Positions 19,031 through 29,919 of a stretch of 64,000 bases of DNA are shown here, piece by piece. Location of the stretch: NCBI GenBank assembly GCA_947584415.1, contig CANPWN010000001.1, positions 13,216-77,215 on the forward strand, in the 5' to 3' direction. This stretch comes from an uncultured Clostridia bacterium. GTDB taxonomy: Bacteria > Bacillota > Clostridia > Christensenellales > UBA1242. Within the stretch, counting starts at the first letter, position 1. Every line of letters starts with the position of its first letter. The notes beneath the pieces are model-generated. The model ran no database searches. It was given only the letters and a program-made list of their open reading frames with translations, and had not been told where the DNA came from. The position numbers were made by a program, and so were the translations under genes.

Positions 19031-20257
19031 TCAAATTTTCTCGGCAAGCGCCTCATTGCCTGCCATCCCAACAATTTGCGCGTCCACAATTTCGCCCACT
19101 TTTAAAGGCTCATCAAAGTGGCACATGATGTAATTTTCACTGAATCCTTGTGCTTTGCCATCAACATTTTCTTCAATAAGCACCTTGACAAACTTGTTTT
19201 GCGAGATGAAATTTTTGCGCAAGGTTCTATCCAAAATTTGAAGTTCTTTTGAGCGCGCCGCCTTGACAGATGACGGCAAATCCTTCATCCTTGCAGCAAC
19301 TGTGCCGGGACGGGACGAATATGCAAATATGTGCAAGAATGAAAATTCGACCTTGCGAATAAAGTTTTTTGTCTCTTCAAACTCTTCATCACTCTCTCCC
19401 GGAAAGCCGACAATGACGTCCGTGGAAATGGACGGGTTTTTGAAATACTTTCGAATAAGAGTGCAAGTTTCAAAAAACTGCTCGGCAGTGTAGCGCCTGT
19501 TCATGCGTTTAAGCACGCTGTTTGAGCCGCTTTGAAGTGACAGATGAAAATGAGGGCAAAAATTTTTAAGTGACGCAAGTTTTTTTATAAACTCCTCGTC
19601 CGCAATCACCTCTTCCATGGAAGAAAGACGGATGCGCTTATTGAATTTGTCAAGTCTTTCCAAAAGTTCGCTCAGCCCAAGTTTGCCATTTATTTTATAG
19701 TCCGAAAGATTGATGCCTGTCAGCACAATTTCTTTGACATCATCGCCCAAAAGTTCAACCTCGCTGACAATGTCCTCAATATCCCTCGACCTGCTGCGTC
19801 CACGAAGATATGGGATGATACAATATGAGCAGAAGTTGTTGCACCCGTCCTGCACCTTTATGTATGCACGCGTGCGCGACTGAATGGAATAAGCCTGTTT
19901 TTCATATGCTTCTGATATGTCGTCGACTTCAATGCCGCTGCCAAAAAGCGCAATCTTGTTTTTGCCTGCCACACCCTTGACAAGTTCGGCTTTTTCTGAA
20001 AATTGTTTTGGGTCATGCTGCGAAGCGCAGCCGCAAACATATATTTTGGCGTTTGGATTGAGTTTTTTTGCGCGCGCAATCATCTGCCTTGATTTTCGCT
20101 CTGCCTCGTTTGTGACGGCGCAGGTGTTGATGACATAGATGTCCGCCTTCTCCAAGCCGTCCGTGATTTCATATCCCTTTTGTTTAAAAATATTCAAAAG
20201 GCTGTCGCTTTCATATTTGTTGACTTTACAACCCAAAGTAAGCACACTAACTTTCAT
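19031..20257 (-). CDS. mtaB: Radical-SAM methylthiotransferase, MtaB (YqeV)-like
   Basis: CxxxCxxC cluster (CNNFCSYC), an N-terminal UPF0004 domain with Cys residues, and the rsmE-mtaB-rpsU synteny seen in Bacillus. Confidence 0.8.
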   Translation of the reverse strand: MKVSVLTLGCKVNKYESDSLLNIFKQKGYEITDGLEKADIYVINTCAVTNEAERKSRQMIARAKKLNPNAKIYVCGCASQHDPKQFSEKAELVKGVAGKNKIALFGSGIEVDDISEAYEKQAYSIQSRTRAYIKVQDGCNNFCSYCIIPYLRGRSRSRDIEDIVSEVELLGDDVKEIVLTGINLSDYKINGKLGLSELLERLDKFNKRIRLSSMEEVIADEEFIKKLASLKNFCPHFHLSLQSGSNSVLKRMNRRYTAEQFFETCTLIRKYFKNPSISTDVIVGFPGESDEEFEETKNFIRKVEFSFLHIFAYSSRPGTVAARMKDLPSSVKAARSKELQILDRTLRKNFISQNKFVKVLIEENVDGKAQGFSENYIMCHFDEPLKVGEIVDAQIVGMAGNEALAEKI

Positions 20258-20265
20258 TTTTTCTC

Positions 20266-20970
20266 CTAGTTACCTGAAAAAAGCATGGCAATGCCGCAGA
20301 GCAAAATTGCCGCCGTTTCCGCTCTTAAAATTCTATTTCCAAGTGAAATATTTTCAGGCCTACAAGTTGACAAAATCTTTGACTTTTCTTCATCTGAAAA
20401 TCCGCCCTCACAGCCAATCAAAATTCCGATGTCCTTTTTGCCCTTTATGGATGCAAAATCAAATTCTTCGCCCTCGCGCTCATTGGCAAAAAGACGCGTT
20501 TTGCAACTTGAAAAGAGCGTGAGCATTTTTTCAAATGTCACTATTTCAATTTTCATCTTGTCCGCGCGCTCGCACTGTTTGAGTGACGAAAGCATAATTT
20601 TTTCATAACGCGAAATCTTTTCATCTTTGAGTTTCATATTTGAAAATTGGCTTTCAAAAATATATAAATTTTTAATTCCAAGTTCTGTTGCTTTCTGCAC
20701 AACAAGTTCCAAATTTTCTCTTTTTATTGCACTTAAAAATAAAGAAATTGAGTTTTTTGCATTGTTTTTGCATTTTTTTTGCGTTTTTATCATCAAAATT
20801 GCCTTATTTTTTTCTAATTTTAATATTTGAGAATGATATTCATATCCGTCGCCATTTATCAAAATGCACTCGTCACCTTCTTTCAAGCGCAAAACATTTT
20901 TGAGGTGATTTAATTCTTCTCCCTCAATTATTCCTTCTTTATCTTTGGTAACTCCTAAAAATCTTTTCAT
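20266..20970 (-). CDS. rsmE: 16S rRNA (uracil1498-N3)-methyltransferase RsmE
   Basis: C-terminal GCEGGFSDEE...LGNRILRAETAA motif; 234 aa. Confidence 0.88.
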   Translation of the reverse strand: MKRFLGVTKDKEGIIEGEELNHLKNVLRLKEGDECILINGDGYEYHSQILKLEKNKAILMIKTQKKCKNNAKNSISLFLSAIKRENLELVVQKATELGIKNLYIFESQFSNMKLKDEKISRYEKIMLSSLKQCERADKMKIEIVTFEKMLTLFSSCKTRLFANEREGEEFDFASIKGKKDIGILIGCEGGFSDEEKSKILSTCRPENISLGNRILRAETAAILLCGIAMLFSGN

Positions 20971-21012
20971 AGTTTATATTTTACATTAAAAAAAGTGAAA
21001 TGGCAAGCCAAA

Positions 21013-22128
21013 TCACTTTTTTGATAAAAAGTTTTGATATTTTGTGTAAACGCGCGGGTCAATCTTTGCGTCCAATTCTTCAAGCGACTTTTTGAGATTT
21101 TTGTCCAAACTCTTTGGCGGTTCCGCTTTGATTGACACAAGCATGTCACCATAACTTTCTTTGTTTAGAAATTTGACACCCTTGTTTTTAAGCCGCATCA
21201 CAGTTCCGCTTGCGGTAAGTTCTGGAATAGTCAAAATGTAAGGGCCTTTAAGTGTTGGAATTTCAATCTTTGTGCCAAGCAGGGCTTGAGTGAATGGAAT
21301 GTAAAGGTCAAGATAAATGTCATTTCCCTTTCTTGTCAAAATCTTATGTGGGGTCACAGAGATGCGGATGTTCAAATCTCCGCTGACGCCATCACGGATT
21401 GGAGCATTGCCCTCGCCACGAAGCCTGATCGTCTGCCCGTCATCAATGCCTGCAGGAACTTTGACTTTGACCATCTTTGTGATTTTTTTATAGCCCTTTC
21501 CGGAGCAGTCCTCACACTTTTGTTTGATGATTTTTCCGGTCGCATTACATCTTGTGCATCCTGCCTCTCTGATTGTTGTGCCAAACATAGTGTTCTGTTG
21601 AAAACGCACTCTGCCTGTTCCACGGCAGTCAGGACAGGTGGTAAATTCTTTGCCGTTTTTCGCTCCCGTGCCTTTGCAACTCGGACATTTTTCAATCTTT
21701 GAAAAAGAGACATTTTTTTCAACTCCAAAGCACGCCTCTTCAAAAGATAGCGTCATGTTAAGAAGGATGTCCTCACCCTTTTCCATAACCCTTTCTCTTC
21801 CTCCACCACCGAAGGCAGAAAAGATGTCAGAAAAGATGTCGCCAAAGCCACCCGCTCCGCCGCTAAAGAAGTCGCCAAAGCCACCGCTAGCATTGCCACT
21901 GAATTGCGGGCCGTCAGCCGAGCCAAACTGGTCATAGTTTGCCCTCTTTTTGTCATCTCCAAGCACCTCATATGCCTCATTGATGTCTTTAAATTTGTTG
22001 GCCGCCTCTTCGCTCGGGTTGATGTCTGGATGGTATTTTTTTGCAAGACGACGATATGCGGACTTAATTTCGTCCGCACTCGCGCCCTTTTCCACACCCA
22101 AAATTTTGTAATAATCTTTGTTTGCCAT
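21013..22128 (-). CDS. dnaJ: Chaperone DnaJ
   Basis: J-domain with HPD, G/F-rich linker, and four CxxCxGxG zinc motifs. Confidence 0.96.
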   Translation of the reverse strand: MANKDYYKILGVEKGASADEIKSAYRRLAKKYHPDINPSEEAANKFKDINEAYEVLGDDKKRANYDQFGSADGPQFSGNASGGFGDFFSGGAGGFGDIFSDIFSAFGGGGRERVMEKGEDILLNMTLSFEEACFGVEKNVSFSKIEKCPSCKGTGAKNGKEFTTCPDCRGTGRVRFQQNTMFGTTIREAGCTRCNATGKIIKQKCEDCSGKGYKKITKMVKVKVPAGIDDGQTIRLRGEGNAPIRDGVSGDLNIRISVTPHKILTRKGNDIYLDLYIPFTQALLGTKIEIPTLKGPYILTIPELTASGTVMRLKNKGVKFLNKESYGDMLVSIKAEPPKSLDKNLKKSLEELDAKIDPRVYTKYQNFLSKK

Positions 22129-22143
22129 TATCCCTTAGCCTTT

Positions 22144-22623
22144 TTAAATAATAGAATTTTTTCCGAAATTTTTTATTATCAACTTTTTTAATTCTTCCTT
22201 TTCAATAGGACTATTAGAGTGCGAACCAACACAGTCCCAAATCACATAAGGGCGAATGTTGTGGTCAAAAAGTTGAAACATAATTGCAAGCACACAAGAG
22301 TCATAATCCGTGCCACAAAGATAGCACTCCTTACCTTTTATACCCCCCCCCGCAAAAATTTCATCTGGAAGAGCATAAGAGGTCTTTTCAATCACTTGTG
22401 TATTTTTTGGAAGTGCCACAACAATTTGTTGTTCATCCGCCTCCGTGAACCTGTGCCAATCTAAAAATTTAGCATAAGGACTTTGAGGTGAATTGACAAA
22501 CTTAGTGGCAATAATTTTATCAAATTTACTGTTTTTGAGCAATTTTTCAATATTTTTTTGCAAAAATTCATTATTTTTTGTGATAAATCCTTTTTGCATA
22601 TCAACAACAATAAGTGTTTTCAT
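22144..22623 (-). CDS. Isochorismatase-family cysteine hydrolase
   Basis: IVVDMQKGF (Asp), ATKF (Lys) and GTDYDSCVLA (Cys) match the isochorismatase/nicotinamidase triad pattern. It is inserted between dnaK and dnaJ. Confidence 0.7.
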   Translation of the reverse strand: MKTLIVVDMQKGFITKNNEFLQKNIEKLLKNSKFDKIIATKFVNSPQSPYAKFLDWHRFTEADEQQIVVALPKNTQVIEKTSYALPDEIFAGGGIKGKECYLCGTDYDSCVLAIMFQLFDHNIRPYVIWDCVGSHSNSPIEKEELKKLIIKNFGKNSII

Positions 22624-22626
22624 GAC

Positions 22627-24462
22627 TTACTCGTTGTCTTTCTTGTCATCATCCACAACAACTTCTGGGTCAACACCCTCGCTGGAAGTGTTTGATTGTC
22701 CTGCGTTTGCTTGTGCCTGAGCAGATGCGTTTTGATAAATCTTTGTTGTGATGTCATTTGAAACTTTAACAAGGCTGTCAAGGGCTGCTTTGATTTCATC
22801 AAGGCTCTCGCCTTCAAACACCTTCTTATCTTTTTCAATTTCATCTTCAAGAGTTTTCTTGTCCTCAGCGGAGATTTTGTCGCCGTTTTCCTTCAAGAAC
22901 TTTTCAAGAGTGTAAACCATGTTGTCCGCCTGGTTCTTTGTCTCAACAAGTTCTTTGCGTTTTTTGTCCTCTTCAGCATGAGCCTCCGCCTCTTTGATGG
23001 CATTTTCAATGTCCTCATCTTTGAGGTTTGAAGAAGCGGTGATTGTGATATTTTGCTCTTTGTTTGTGCCAAGGTCCTTTGCAGAAACTTTGACAATGCC
23101 GTTTGCGTCTATATCAAATGTAACTTCAATTTGTGGCACTCCTCTTGGTGCTGGTGGGATGTCTGTGAGTTGGAATCTGCCAAGAGTTTTGTTTTGTGCG
23201 GCAAATTCTCTTTCGCCCTGCAAAACATGAATATCAACACCCGGTTGATTGTCCGCAGCAGTTGAGAAAACTTGTGATTTTCTTGTTGGGATTGTGGTGT
23301 TTCTTTCAATAAGTTTTGTGAACACTCCGCCCAAAGTTTCAATGCCAAGTGAAAGCGGTGTAACATCCAAAAGAAGGACATCTTTAACTTCGCCGCCTAA
23401 AACACCTGCTTGAATTGCTGCACCGACTGCAACACACTCGTCTGGGTTAACACCTTTGTAAGGCTCTTTGCCTGTGTATGCTTTGACAGCGTCATAAACT
23501 GCAGGAATTCTTGTTGAACCACCGACAAGAATAACTTTATTGATGTCGGAAGTTGAAAGTTTTGCATCACTTAATGCACGCTTTGAGCATTCAATTGTCT
23601 CTTTGACAAGGTCCTCAGTGAGAGAGTCAAATTTTGCACGAGTAAGTTCATATTCAAGGTGTTTTGGTCCATTTGCATCTGCTGAAATAAATGGAAGAGA
23701 AATGGTCGTTTTTGGAGTTGCAGAAAGGTCAATCTTTGCCTTTTCAGCCGCCTCTTTAAGCCTTTGCATAGCAAGTTTATCTTTGCTTAAATCTGTGCCA
23801 TTTTCCTTTTTGAATTGTTCAACCAAAAGGTCAATAATTCTGTTGTCGAAGTCATCTCCACCAAGACGAGTGTTTCCGTTTGTTGAAAGCACTTCAAACA
23901 CGCCATCACCTATTTCAAGAATTGAAACATCAAATGTTCCTCCGCCAAGGTCATATACCAAAATCTTTTGATTTTTGTTTTCGCCCTTATCAAGACCATA
24001 CGCAAGAGCAGCGGCAGTTGGTTCGTTGATGATTCTAAGAACTTCAAGACCTGCAATTCTGCCTGCGTCCTTTGTTGCCTGACGCTGAGAGTCATTGAAA
24101 TATGCAGGAACTGTGATAACCGCCTGTGTCACAGGTGAACCAATATAACTTTCCGCATCACTCTTAAGTTTTGAAAGTATCATAGCGGATATTTCTTGTG
24201 GAGAATATTCCTTTCCGCCAAGATGTGCTTTGTAATTTGTGCCCATTTCACGTTTGATGGACATAACTGTGTTGTCTGAGTTGACAACGGCTTGACGCTT
24301 TGCCACTTTTCCGACAAGACGCTCTCCTTCCTTTGTGACAGCCACAACACTTGGGGTTGTTCTGTCTCCTTCTGCGTTTGCAATAACAGTTGGCTTGCCG
24401 CCTTCCATAACCGCCACGCAAGAGTTTGTTGTTCCAAGGTCAATTCCAATAATTTTTGCCAT
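22627..24462 (-). CDS. dnaK: Chaperone DnaK (Hsp70)
   Basis: [14 protein letters not shown] start (24462) with GGAGG upstream; DLGGGTFD motif. Confidence 0.97.
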   Translation of the reverse strand: MAKIIGIDLGTTNSCVAVMEGGKPTVIANAEGDRTTPSVVAVTKEGERLVGKVAKRQAVVNSDNTVMSIKREMGTNYKAHLGGKEYSPQEISAMILSKLKSDAESYIGSPVTQAVITVPAYFNDSQRQATKDAGRIAGLEVLRIINEPTAAALAYGLDKGENKNQKILVYDLGGGTFDVSILEIGDGVFEVLSTNGNTRLGGDDFDNRIIDLLVEQFKKENGTDLSKDKLAMQRLKEAAEKAKIDLSATPKTTISLPFISADANGPKHLEYELTRAKFDSLTEDLVKETIECSKRALSDAKLSTSDINKVILVGGSTRIPAVYDAVKAYTGKEPYKGVNPDECVAVGAAIQAGVLGGEVKDVLLLDVTPLSLGIETLGGVFTKLIERNTTIPTRKSQVFSTAADNQPGVDIHVLQGEREFAAQNKTLGRFQLTDIPPAPRGVPQIEVTFDIDANGIVKVSAKDLGTNKEQNITITASSNLKDEDIENAIKEAEAHAEEDKKRKELVETKNQADNMVYTLEKFLKENGDKISAEDKKTLEDEIEKDKKVFEGESLDEIKAALDSLVKVSNDITTKIYQNASAQAQANAGQSNTSSEGVDPEVVVDDDKKDNE

Positions 24463-24466
24463 TTTT

Positions 24467-25024
24467 TTAATCCTCCTTTTTATTGACAATGACTTTTGAA
24501 TATCTTATAACTTTGTCTTTATATTTATATCCTGCTTGGTATTCGTCCAAGATGATACCGTCCTCTTTGTCATCAACTTTTGTCAAAGCAATGACATTGT
24601 GAAGGTTGTGGTCATACGGCTGACCGACAGCCTCAATTTTTTCAACTCCAAGTTTTTGAAGTGTTTGAAAAATGTTTGTTTCAATCATCTCCACACCTTC
24701 CAAAACTGTTGGGTCAGTGATTGATTTTTTTGCAATTTTAAAAGTGTCTAAGCAAGGCAAAAACGCCTCAATCACACTGATTTCACCTTCCTGCCGCGCT
24801 CTGGTAAGTTCCAAGTCTGTGCGTTTTCGGAAGTTTTCAAACTCCGCTTGGATACGCTTTGCCATCTCCAAATATTCTGCCTCTTTTGACTGGCAAGCAC
24901 ATTTTTCCGAGCAGTCGCACTCTTCTCCACATTTGCACCCTTCTTCCTGGTTTTCTTCTTGCCCTGGAGAATATTCTTCACACTTTATTTCATCTTCATA
25001 GCCACTATTTTTTTCCTTTTTCAA
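24467..25024 (-). CDS. grpE: Nucleotide exchange factor GrpE with a Cys-rich N-terminal extension
   Basis: [12 protein letters not shown] and a C-terminal GrpE beta domain. The N-terminus carries [15 protein letters not shown]. Confidence 0.92.
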   Translation of the reverse strand: MKKEKNSGYEDEIKCEEYSPGQEENQEEGCKCGEECDCSEKCACQSKEAEYLEMAKRIQAEFENFRKRTDLELTRARQEGEISVIEAFLPCLDTFKIAKKSITDPTVLEGVEMIETNIFQTLQKLGVEKIEAVGQPYDHNLHNVIALTKVDDKEDGIILDEYQAGYKYKDKVIRYSKVIVNKKED

Positions 25025-25025
25025 G

Positions 25026-26015
25026 TCAATTTCCTCCTTTCATATCCTCAAGCTCATCTGCAAGCAGTTTGAGCGCTGCCGAGACGCCGCTGTAATCCAT
25101 GCGCTGTGGCCCAAGCACCCCAACTGAGAGTTCCACTGAGCCAACTTTGATTGGAAGTTTGACCAGCGACACATCATCCTCATTTTCAGCAACCGAAACA
25201 ACAAGTTCGTCGCTGTTGCCCGTTTCCATAACTTCAATAAGTTCGTCTTCATTGTCAAGCACTGCCATGATGTGTTTTGCTTTTTCAATCTCCCCGCTTT
25301 CCAAAAGTTTGACCGTTCCGCTGCGCTGCACATCCAAAAATTTGCGCTTATTAAATTTCTTTAAGCCTTTGACAAGATAGTCCACTATCTTCTGAAAAGA
25401 CGCAATTTCATCCGTAAGCTTTCCTTCTTCAAATTGCTCGGTCATCTCTTTAAGAGTTTTGCCCACAAAATGTTTTTTAAAAAATCTTGCTGCATCATCA
25501 CACTCACGCTTTGTCGCTGATAGGTTAAGCCTTTCATTTATATATCCTGCTCCAGTGCCAATAAGCACCAAAACTTCTTGGCTTAAAAGCGGAATAATTT
25601 GAAAGTCCTGCAAAACCAAGTTTTCAACTCCGCTTGCCATGACAACTGTCGGATAATTTGTTGCCTGGCCTATTGCTTTGGCAATTTGCGAAATAAGGTC
25701 GGAAAGGCTGTTCGTTTTCTGCTGAATGAGTTTGCGCACTTTTTCGAGGTCCTTGTTTGTCGCCTTCATGCCGGAGAGCATTGTTTCAACATAATATCTG
25801 TAACCCTCCGCCGTTGGAACTCTGCCACCCGAGGTGTGAAGTTGTCTAAGATACCCCATTGCCTCCAAAGTGTTAAGTTCACTCCTTAGCGTTGCCGTTG
25901 AGCAGTCAAGTGACGCCAAGTTTTTAAGCCCTCCACTTGTTATGGGAGAGCATGAAGAGATATAATCTTCAATTGCCACCTGCAAAATCTGTTGTTTTCT
26001 CTCAGACAGACGCAC
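25026..26015 (-). CDS. hrcA: Heat-inducible transcription repressor HrcA
   Basis: GTG start with AAGGAGG RBS; the N-terminal wHTH is typical of HrcA; CIRCE lies upstream. Confidence 0.93.
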   Translation of the reverse strand: MRLSERKQQILQVAIEDYISSCSPITSGGLKNLASLDCSTATLRSELNTLEAMGYLRQLHTSGGRVPTAEGYRYYVETMLSGMKATNKDLEKVRKLIQQKTNSLSDLISQIAKAIGQATNYPTVVMASGVENLVLQDFQIIPLLSQEVLVLIGTGAGYINERLNLSATKRECDDAARFFKKHFVGKTLKEMTEQFEEGKLTDEIASFQKIVDYLVKGLKKFNKRKFLDVQRSGTVKLLESGEIEKAKHIMAVLDNEDELIEVMETGNSDELVVSVAENEDDVSLVKLPIKVGSVELSVGVLGPQRMDYSGVSAALKLLADELEDMKGGN

Positions 26016-26030
26016 TTTGCCTCCTTATTG

Positions 26031-26057
26031 CTAGCACTCTCATTAAAAGACTGCTAG
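26031..26057 (-). promoter_or_regulatory. CIRCE operator (HrcA binding site)
   Basis: Minus strand CTAGCAGTC-N9-GAGTGCTAG versus consensus TTAGCACTC-N9-GAGTGCTAA (3 mismatches). It lies between the -10 and the RBS of hrcA. Confidence 0.85.
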
Positions 26058-26061
26058 CAGT

Positions 26062-26090
26062 ATTATATGCACTTTAAAAAAATAAGTCAA
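26062..26090 (-). promoter_or_regulatory. Sigma-A promoter of the hrcA-grpE-dnaK operon
   Basis: TTGACT-17 nt-TATAAT on the minus strand, immediately upstream of CIRCE. Confidence 0.8.
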
Positions 26091-26190
26091 CAAAAATTGT
26101 CACTTTTTTTGGAATTTTTTGAAATTTTTTGTCCTTGACATATTTGATGACTTATTAATTATTTAATATATTATAAATTATAAACAAAAT

Positions 26191-26216
26191 AAAAGCAGGT
26201 TTTGAGCCTGCTTTTA
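26191..26216 (-). terminator. Terminator downstream of the 70-aa gene
   Basis: Stem agcagg/cctgct followed by a T-run on the minus strand. Confidence 0.6.
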
Positions 26217-26274
26217 AAATATTAAAAACCCTTCGAAAACATATTCGAGTGGTCTTTTTTGCTAAATTTTCCCT

Positions 26275-26487
26275 CTATCTTGGCAAAAGGTCTGGGTTGC
26301 CATCCTGTGGATGAGGAAACTTTGGCTCAACAATCGGAGCATAATTTTCAAGGTCGCATTCAGGATGCGCGCCATCGTTACAGCCTTCATATTTAGGATT
26401 TTTGACCGGCCTTTTCACGTCCTTGCAATCTGCCGCATAGACATCCTTAAAATCAGGGTCAAGTTTTGAGCCTTGTTTGTAATACAT
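26275..26487 (-). CDS. Hypothetical small protein (70 aa)
   Basis: RBS GAGGTG lies 6 nt before the ATG at 26487. Upstream promoter TTGACA-17-TATATA. No recognised motif. Confidence 0.55.
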   Translation of the reverse strand: MYYKQGSKLDPDFKDVYAADCKDVKRPVKNPKYEGCNDGAHPECDLENYAPIVEPKFPHPQDGNPDLLPR

Positions 26488-26542
26488 AATTTCACCTCTC
26501 AAAAATTATATATCACGCAAAAAAGGCTTTGTCAAGAACTTT

Positions 26543-27733
26543 TTAAATTTTTTTTCTTAAAATGTCGCCTTTTTTTAATTTATATGGGCAAGGCACAAAA
26601 AAAGTCATTTCTGCAACATTTGCTTTGTCAATTTTGTTGCCATCCACATCTGTCATATCGGACAAAACAAAAGTCTTGTTATGCACTTCTTTGTTCGGCG
26701 AAAGCACTTCCACTTCATCTCCGTTTTTAAGATAGTTGCGCTGGCTGACCTTAATCACTCCATCTCCGCCCCCTTCAACAACTCCGACAAACTCATGCGT
26801 CTGCACCGGCGAAGAGGACTCGCGAAACTGCCTGTCATTTTCATCAAAATAAAATCCTGTGGTAAAGCGGCGGTGAGAGGTTTTTTCAAGTTCTCTCACA
26901 AACTCACTTCCTGCTTTTTTTGGCAACATGTCAAGTGCCGTGCGATAAGCGTTGACAGTGCAAGCGACATAATAGGCGCTTTTCATCCTGCCCTCAATTT
27001 TAAGTGATTGGACTCCGGCATCTTCGAGCTCTTTAAGATGCTCAATCATGCACAAATCTTTGGAGTTTAAGATGTAAGAGCCATGTTCGTCCTCTTCAAT
27101 CTCCATTTCATCATCACGGCTGACCTCTCGAATTTGATATTTCCACCTGCAAGCCTGCACGCACTCACCACGGTTTGCGCCGCGCCCCGTCAGATAGTCG
27201 CTGATAAGACATCTGCCGGAATAGGACATGCACATTGCCCCATGAACGAAACACTCAATCTCAACTCTGTCCTTTAGTGCGTGAGCAATTTTTGAAATCT
27301 CTTGCAAATTAAGTTCTCTTGCAAGCACAATTCTTTTGACGCCCATATCTGCAAGAAACATAGCTGTTTGAAGATTTGTGACATTTGCTTGTGTGGACAC
27401 ATGAACATTTAAAGAAGGAAAATTTTTGCGCACATAACTTATAATGCCAAGGTCAGAGATGATAAGTCCATCCACATTTGCATCTTGAAGAGCGGAAAGA
27501 TAATCATCAAGTCCGTCAAAATCTTTGTCTTTTGCCAAAATATTGACTGTGACATACACCTTTTTGCCCTTTTTATGTGCAAAAAGGCAGGCTTTTTTAA
27601 TTTCCGGCAAAGTGAAATTGCCAGCAAAAGCCCTCAGGCCAAAATTTTGTCCTGACAAATAAACAGCATCAGCACCAAACAAAAGTGCCGTTTCAAATTT
27701 TTCATAATTCCCTGCGGGTGCAAGAAGTTCCAT
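26543..27733 (-). CDS. Peptidase U32 family protein
   Basis: MELLAPAGN N-terminus and the E.FVHGAMC.SYSGRC.S motif typical of U32 (collagenase-like / RNA hydroxylation) proteins. Confidence 0.85.
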   Translation of the reverse strand: MELLAPAGNYEKFETALLFGADAVYLSGQNFGLRAFAGNFTLPEIKKACLFAHKKGKKVYVTVNILAKDKDFDGLDDYLSALQDANVDGLIISDLGIISYVRKNFPSLNVHVSTQANVTNLQTAMFLADMGVKRIVLARELNLQEISKIAHALKDRVEIECFVHGAMCMSYSGRCLISDYLTGRGANRGECVQACRWKYQIREVSRDDEMEIEEDEHGSYILNSKDLCMIEHLKELEDAGVQSLKIEGRMKSAYYVACTVNAYRTALDMLPKKAGSEFVRELEKTSHRRFTTGFYFDENDRQFRESSSPVQTHEFVGVVEGGGDGVIKVSQRNYLKNGDEVEVLSPNKEVHNKTFVLSDMTDVDGNKIDKANVAEMTFFVPCPYKLKKGDILRKKI

Positions 27734-27741
27734 TTTTCTCC

Positions 27742-28794
27742 TTATAAATCAATGTTAGGTTTTGCAGTGAGGTCAAGCTCAGCAAGTCCCATGCCTTTTC
27801 TTATATAATAATAAGCCGCCGAACCAATCATGGCAGCATTGTCGGTGCAATATTTAAGTTTTGGATAATATGCCTCAAAGCCATTTTCTTTGCACGCTTT
27901 GTCAATCTTATTTTGCAGCATGCTGTTTGCACCAACTCCACCAGCAATAACAATCTTTTTCTGTTTTGTTTCTTTCATTGCCCTTATGGACTTTTCAACA
28001 AGTTCGTCGGTCACACTTTCTTCAAAACTTCTGGCGACATTTTCTTTTGAGAACGCCTCGCCTTTCTGTTCAAATTTGTGCACATAATTGATAACAGCAG
28101 TTTTAATTCCGCTGAAAGAAAAGTTGAGAGTGTTGTGCAACGAGTTTGAAACAGTGAACTTAACAACATTTCTGCCACTTAAAGCAAGTTTGTCAATTTC
28201 AGGCCCGCCCGGATAAGGAAGCCCCAGCACGCGTGCAACTTTGTCAAAAGCCTCTCCCGCTGCGTCATCAACAGTTGAACCAAGCATTTTAAATTTGTTG
28301 TAATCAGTGATTTTTAAAATTGCCGTGTGTCCGCCACTGACCATAAGGCAAATGAAAGGTGGTTCTAAATTTGGATGAGAGATATAGTTTGACGCAATAT
28401 GCCCATGCACATGATTGACCGCAATTAATGGTTTTTTAAGCGCGTAACTAAGTCCTTTTGCAAAGTTAACCCCGACAAGCAGCGCGCCCATGAGTCCAGC
28501 GCCATAAGTAACCGCAATGGCATCAAGTTCCTCAGGCTTAATTTTAGCCTCCTCTATTGCCTCTTCATAGAGGTTTGAAATTGCAAGCAAATGATTTCTG
28601 GAAGCAATCTCTGGCACAACCCCGCCAAAGCGTCTGTGAATTTCAATTTGCGAAGAAACAACATTTGACAAAACTTCCCTGCCATTTTTAACAACGCTTA
28701 TTGCTGTTTCGTCACACGAACTTTCAATGGCAAGAATAGTCAAATCTTTTTTGTTTTTTAATGCTGCAAATTCGCTAGCCATATACTTTTTCAT
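27742..28794 (-). CDS. tsaD: tRNA N6-adenosine threonylcarbamoyltransferase TsaD
   Basis: ILAIESSCDETA, HxxGH (NHVHGHI) and SGGHT motifs. Confidence 0.93.
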   Translation of the reverse strand: MKKYMASEFAALKNKKDLTILAIESSCDETAISVVKNGREVLSNVVSSQIEIHRRFGGVVPEIASRNHLLAISNLYEEAIEEAKIKPEELDAIAVTYGAGLMGALLVGVNFAKGLSYALKKPLIAVNHVHGHIASNYISHPNLEPPFICLMVSGGHTAILKITDYNKFKMLGSTVDDAAGEAFDKVARVLGLPYPGGPEIDKLALSGRNVVKFTVSNSLHNTLNFSFSGIKTAVINYVHKFEQKGEAFSKENVARSFEESVTDELVEKSIRAMKETKQKKIVIAGGVGANSMLQNKIDKACKENGFEAYYPKLKYCTDNAAMIGSAAYYYIRKGMGLAELDLTAKPNIDL

Positions 28795-28802
28795 ATATCC
28801 CC

Positions 28803-29898
28803 CTATATTTTTTGAAGATAATTGTTGATAAATTCTTGAATATCACCGTTCATGACCGCCTGAATATCACTTGTTTCATAACCTGTTCGGTGGTCTTTTA
28901 CAAGAGTGTAAGGGCAAAAAACATAACTTCGAATTTGGCTGCCCCACTCAATTTTTTTGACTTCACCCTTTATTTCTGCCAAGTGTTCCATCTCTTCGCG
29001 TTCCTTCTTTTCCGCCAAACGCGAGATAAGCATTTTCATGGCAACTTCTTTGTTTTGAATTTGTGAGCGCTGCGTCTGACAAGACACAACAATGCCTGTT
29101 GGCAAGTGTGTTATGCGAATTGCCGACTCCGTTTTGTTGATGTGCTGGCCACCAGCACCACTTGAACGGAAGGTGTCAATTTTGAGTTCGTCAGGCTTGA
29201 TTTCAATTTCATCATCCTCTTCAAGTTCCGGCATAACTTCGACTGATGCAAAGGATGTGTGTCTGCGCGAGTTCGCATCAAAAGGCGAAATTCTCACAAG
29301 CCTGTGAATACCCTTTTCCGCCTTTAAATACCCATACGCGTTCTCGCCAGAAACGATGAAGTTGACATTTTTTATCCCCGCCTCATCACCATCCAAAACA
29401 TCCAAAATACTGAGTTTGAAGCCCGCTTTTTCGCTATACATCTGATACATTCTCAAAAGCATCTGCGCCCAGTCCTGCGCCTCAGTTCCGCCTGCGCCGG
29501 CATGAATGTTCATGATCGCGTTGCAGGAGTCATATTTGCCATTCAAAAGCGTGACAATCTTCATCTCTTCCTGCCGCTTTTCAAAACTTAAAAGCTCGGA
29601 TTGAAGCTCCTTGAAAAGCTCGCTGTCCTCGTCCGCCTCGCACAGTTCAATGAGCGCCGCGATGTCGTCCGCCTGCTTTTGCAAGGACTGCACTTCTTCC
29701 AATTTTCTTTCCTTGCTTCTCAGCTTTTTGCCCACTTCGCTCGCCTTTTTTGTGTCAAGATAAAAGTCAGGGCTCAGCTGCGCCTCTTTCAAAGCTTTAA
29801 CTTCGCTTTCAATGTTGGCGACGTCAAAGACACTCCTTTAAAAAACTAAAGTTCTCTTGCAAGGTCTTAAACCTGTTTTTTTCGTTATCAACAACCAT
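28803..29898 (-). CDS. prfB: Peptide chain release factor 2, with programmed +1 frameshift
   Basis: ORF0 runs from the ATG at 29898 for 24 codons to CTT TGA C (29829-29823), preceded by the SD-like AGGAG. The +1 frame continues DVANIESEVKALKEAQLSPDFY into the 329-aa ORF carrying SPF and GGQ (SGAGGQHINK). Confidence 0.93.
29823..29840 (-). promoter_or_regulatory. RF2 autoregulatory +1 frameshift site
   Basis: aaAGGAGtgtCTTTGAC: an internal SD, a 3-nt spacer, and the CUU UGA C slippery/stop context. Confidence 0.9.
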
Positions 29899-29919
29899 AT
29901 TTTCCTCTTTAACGCAAAG

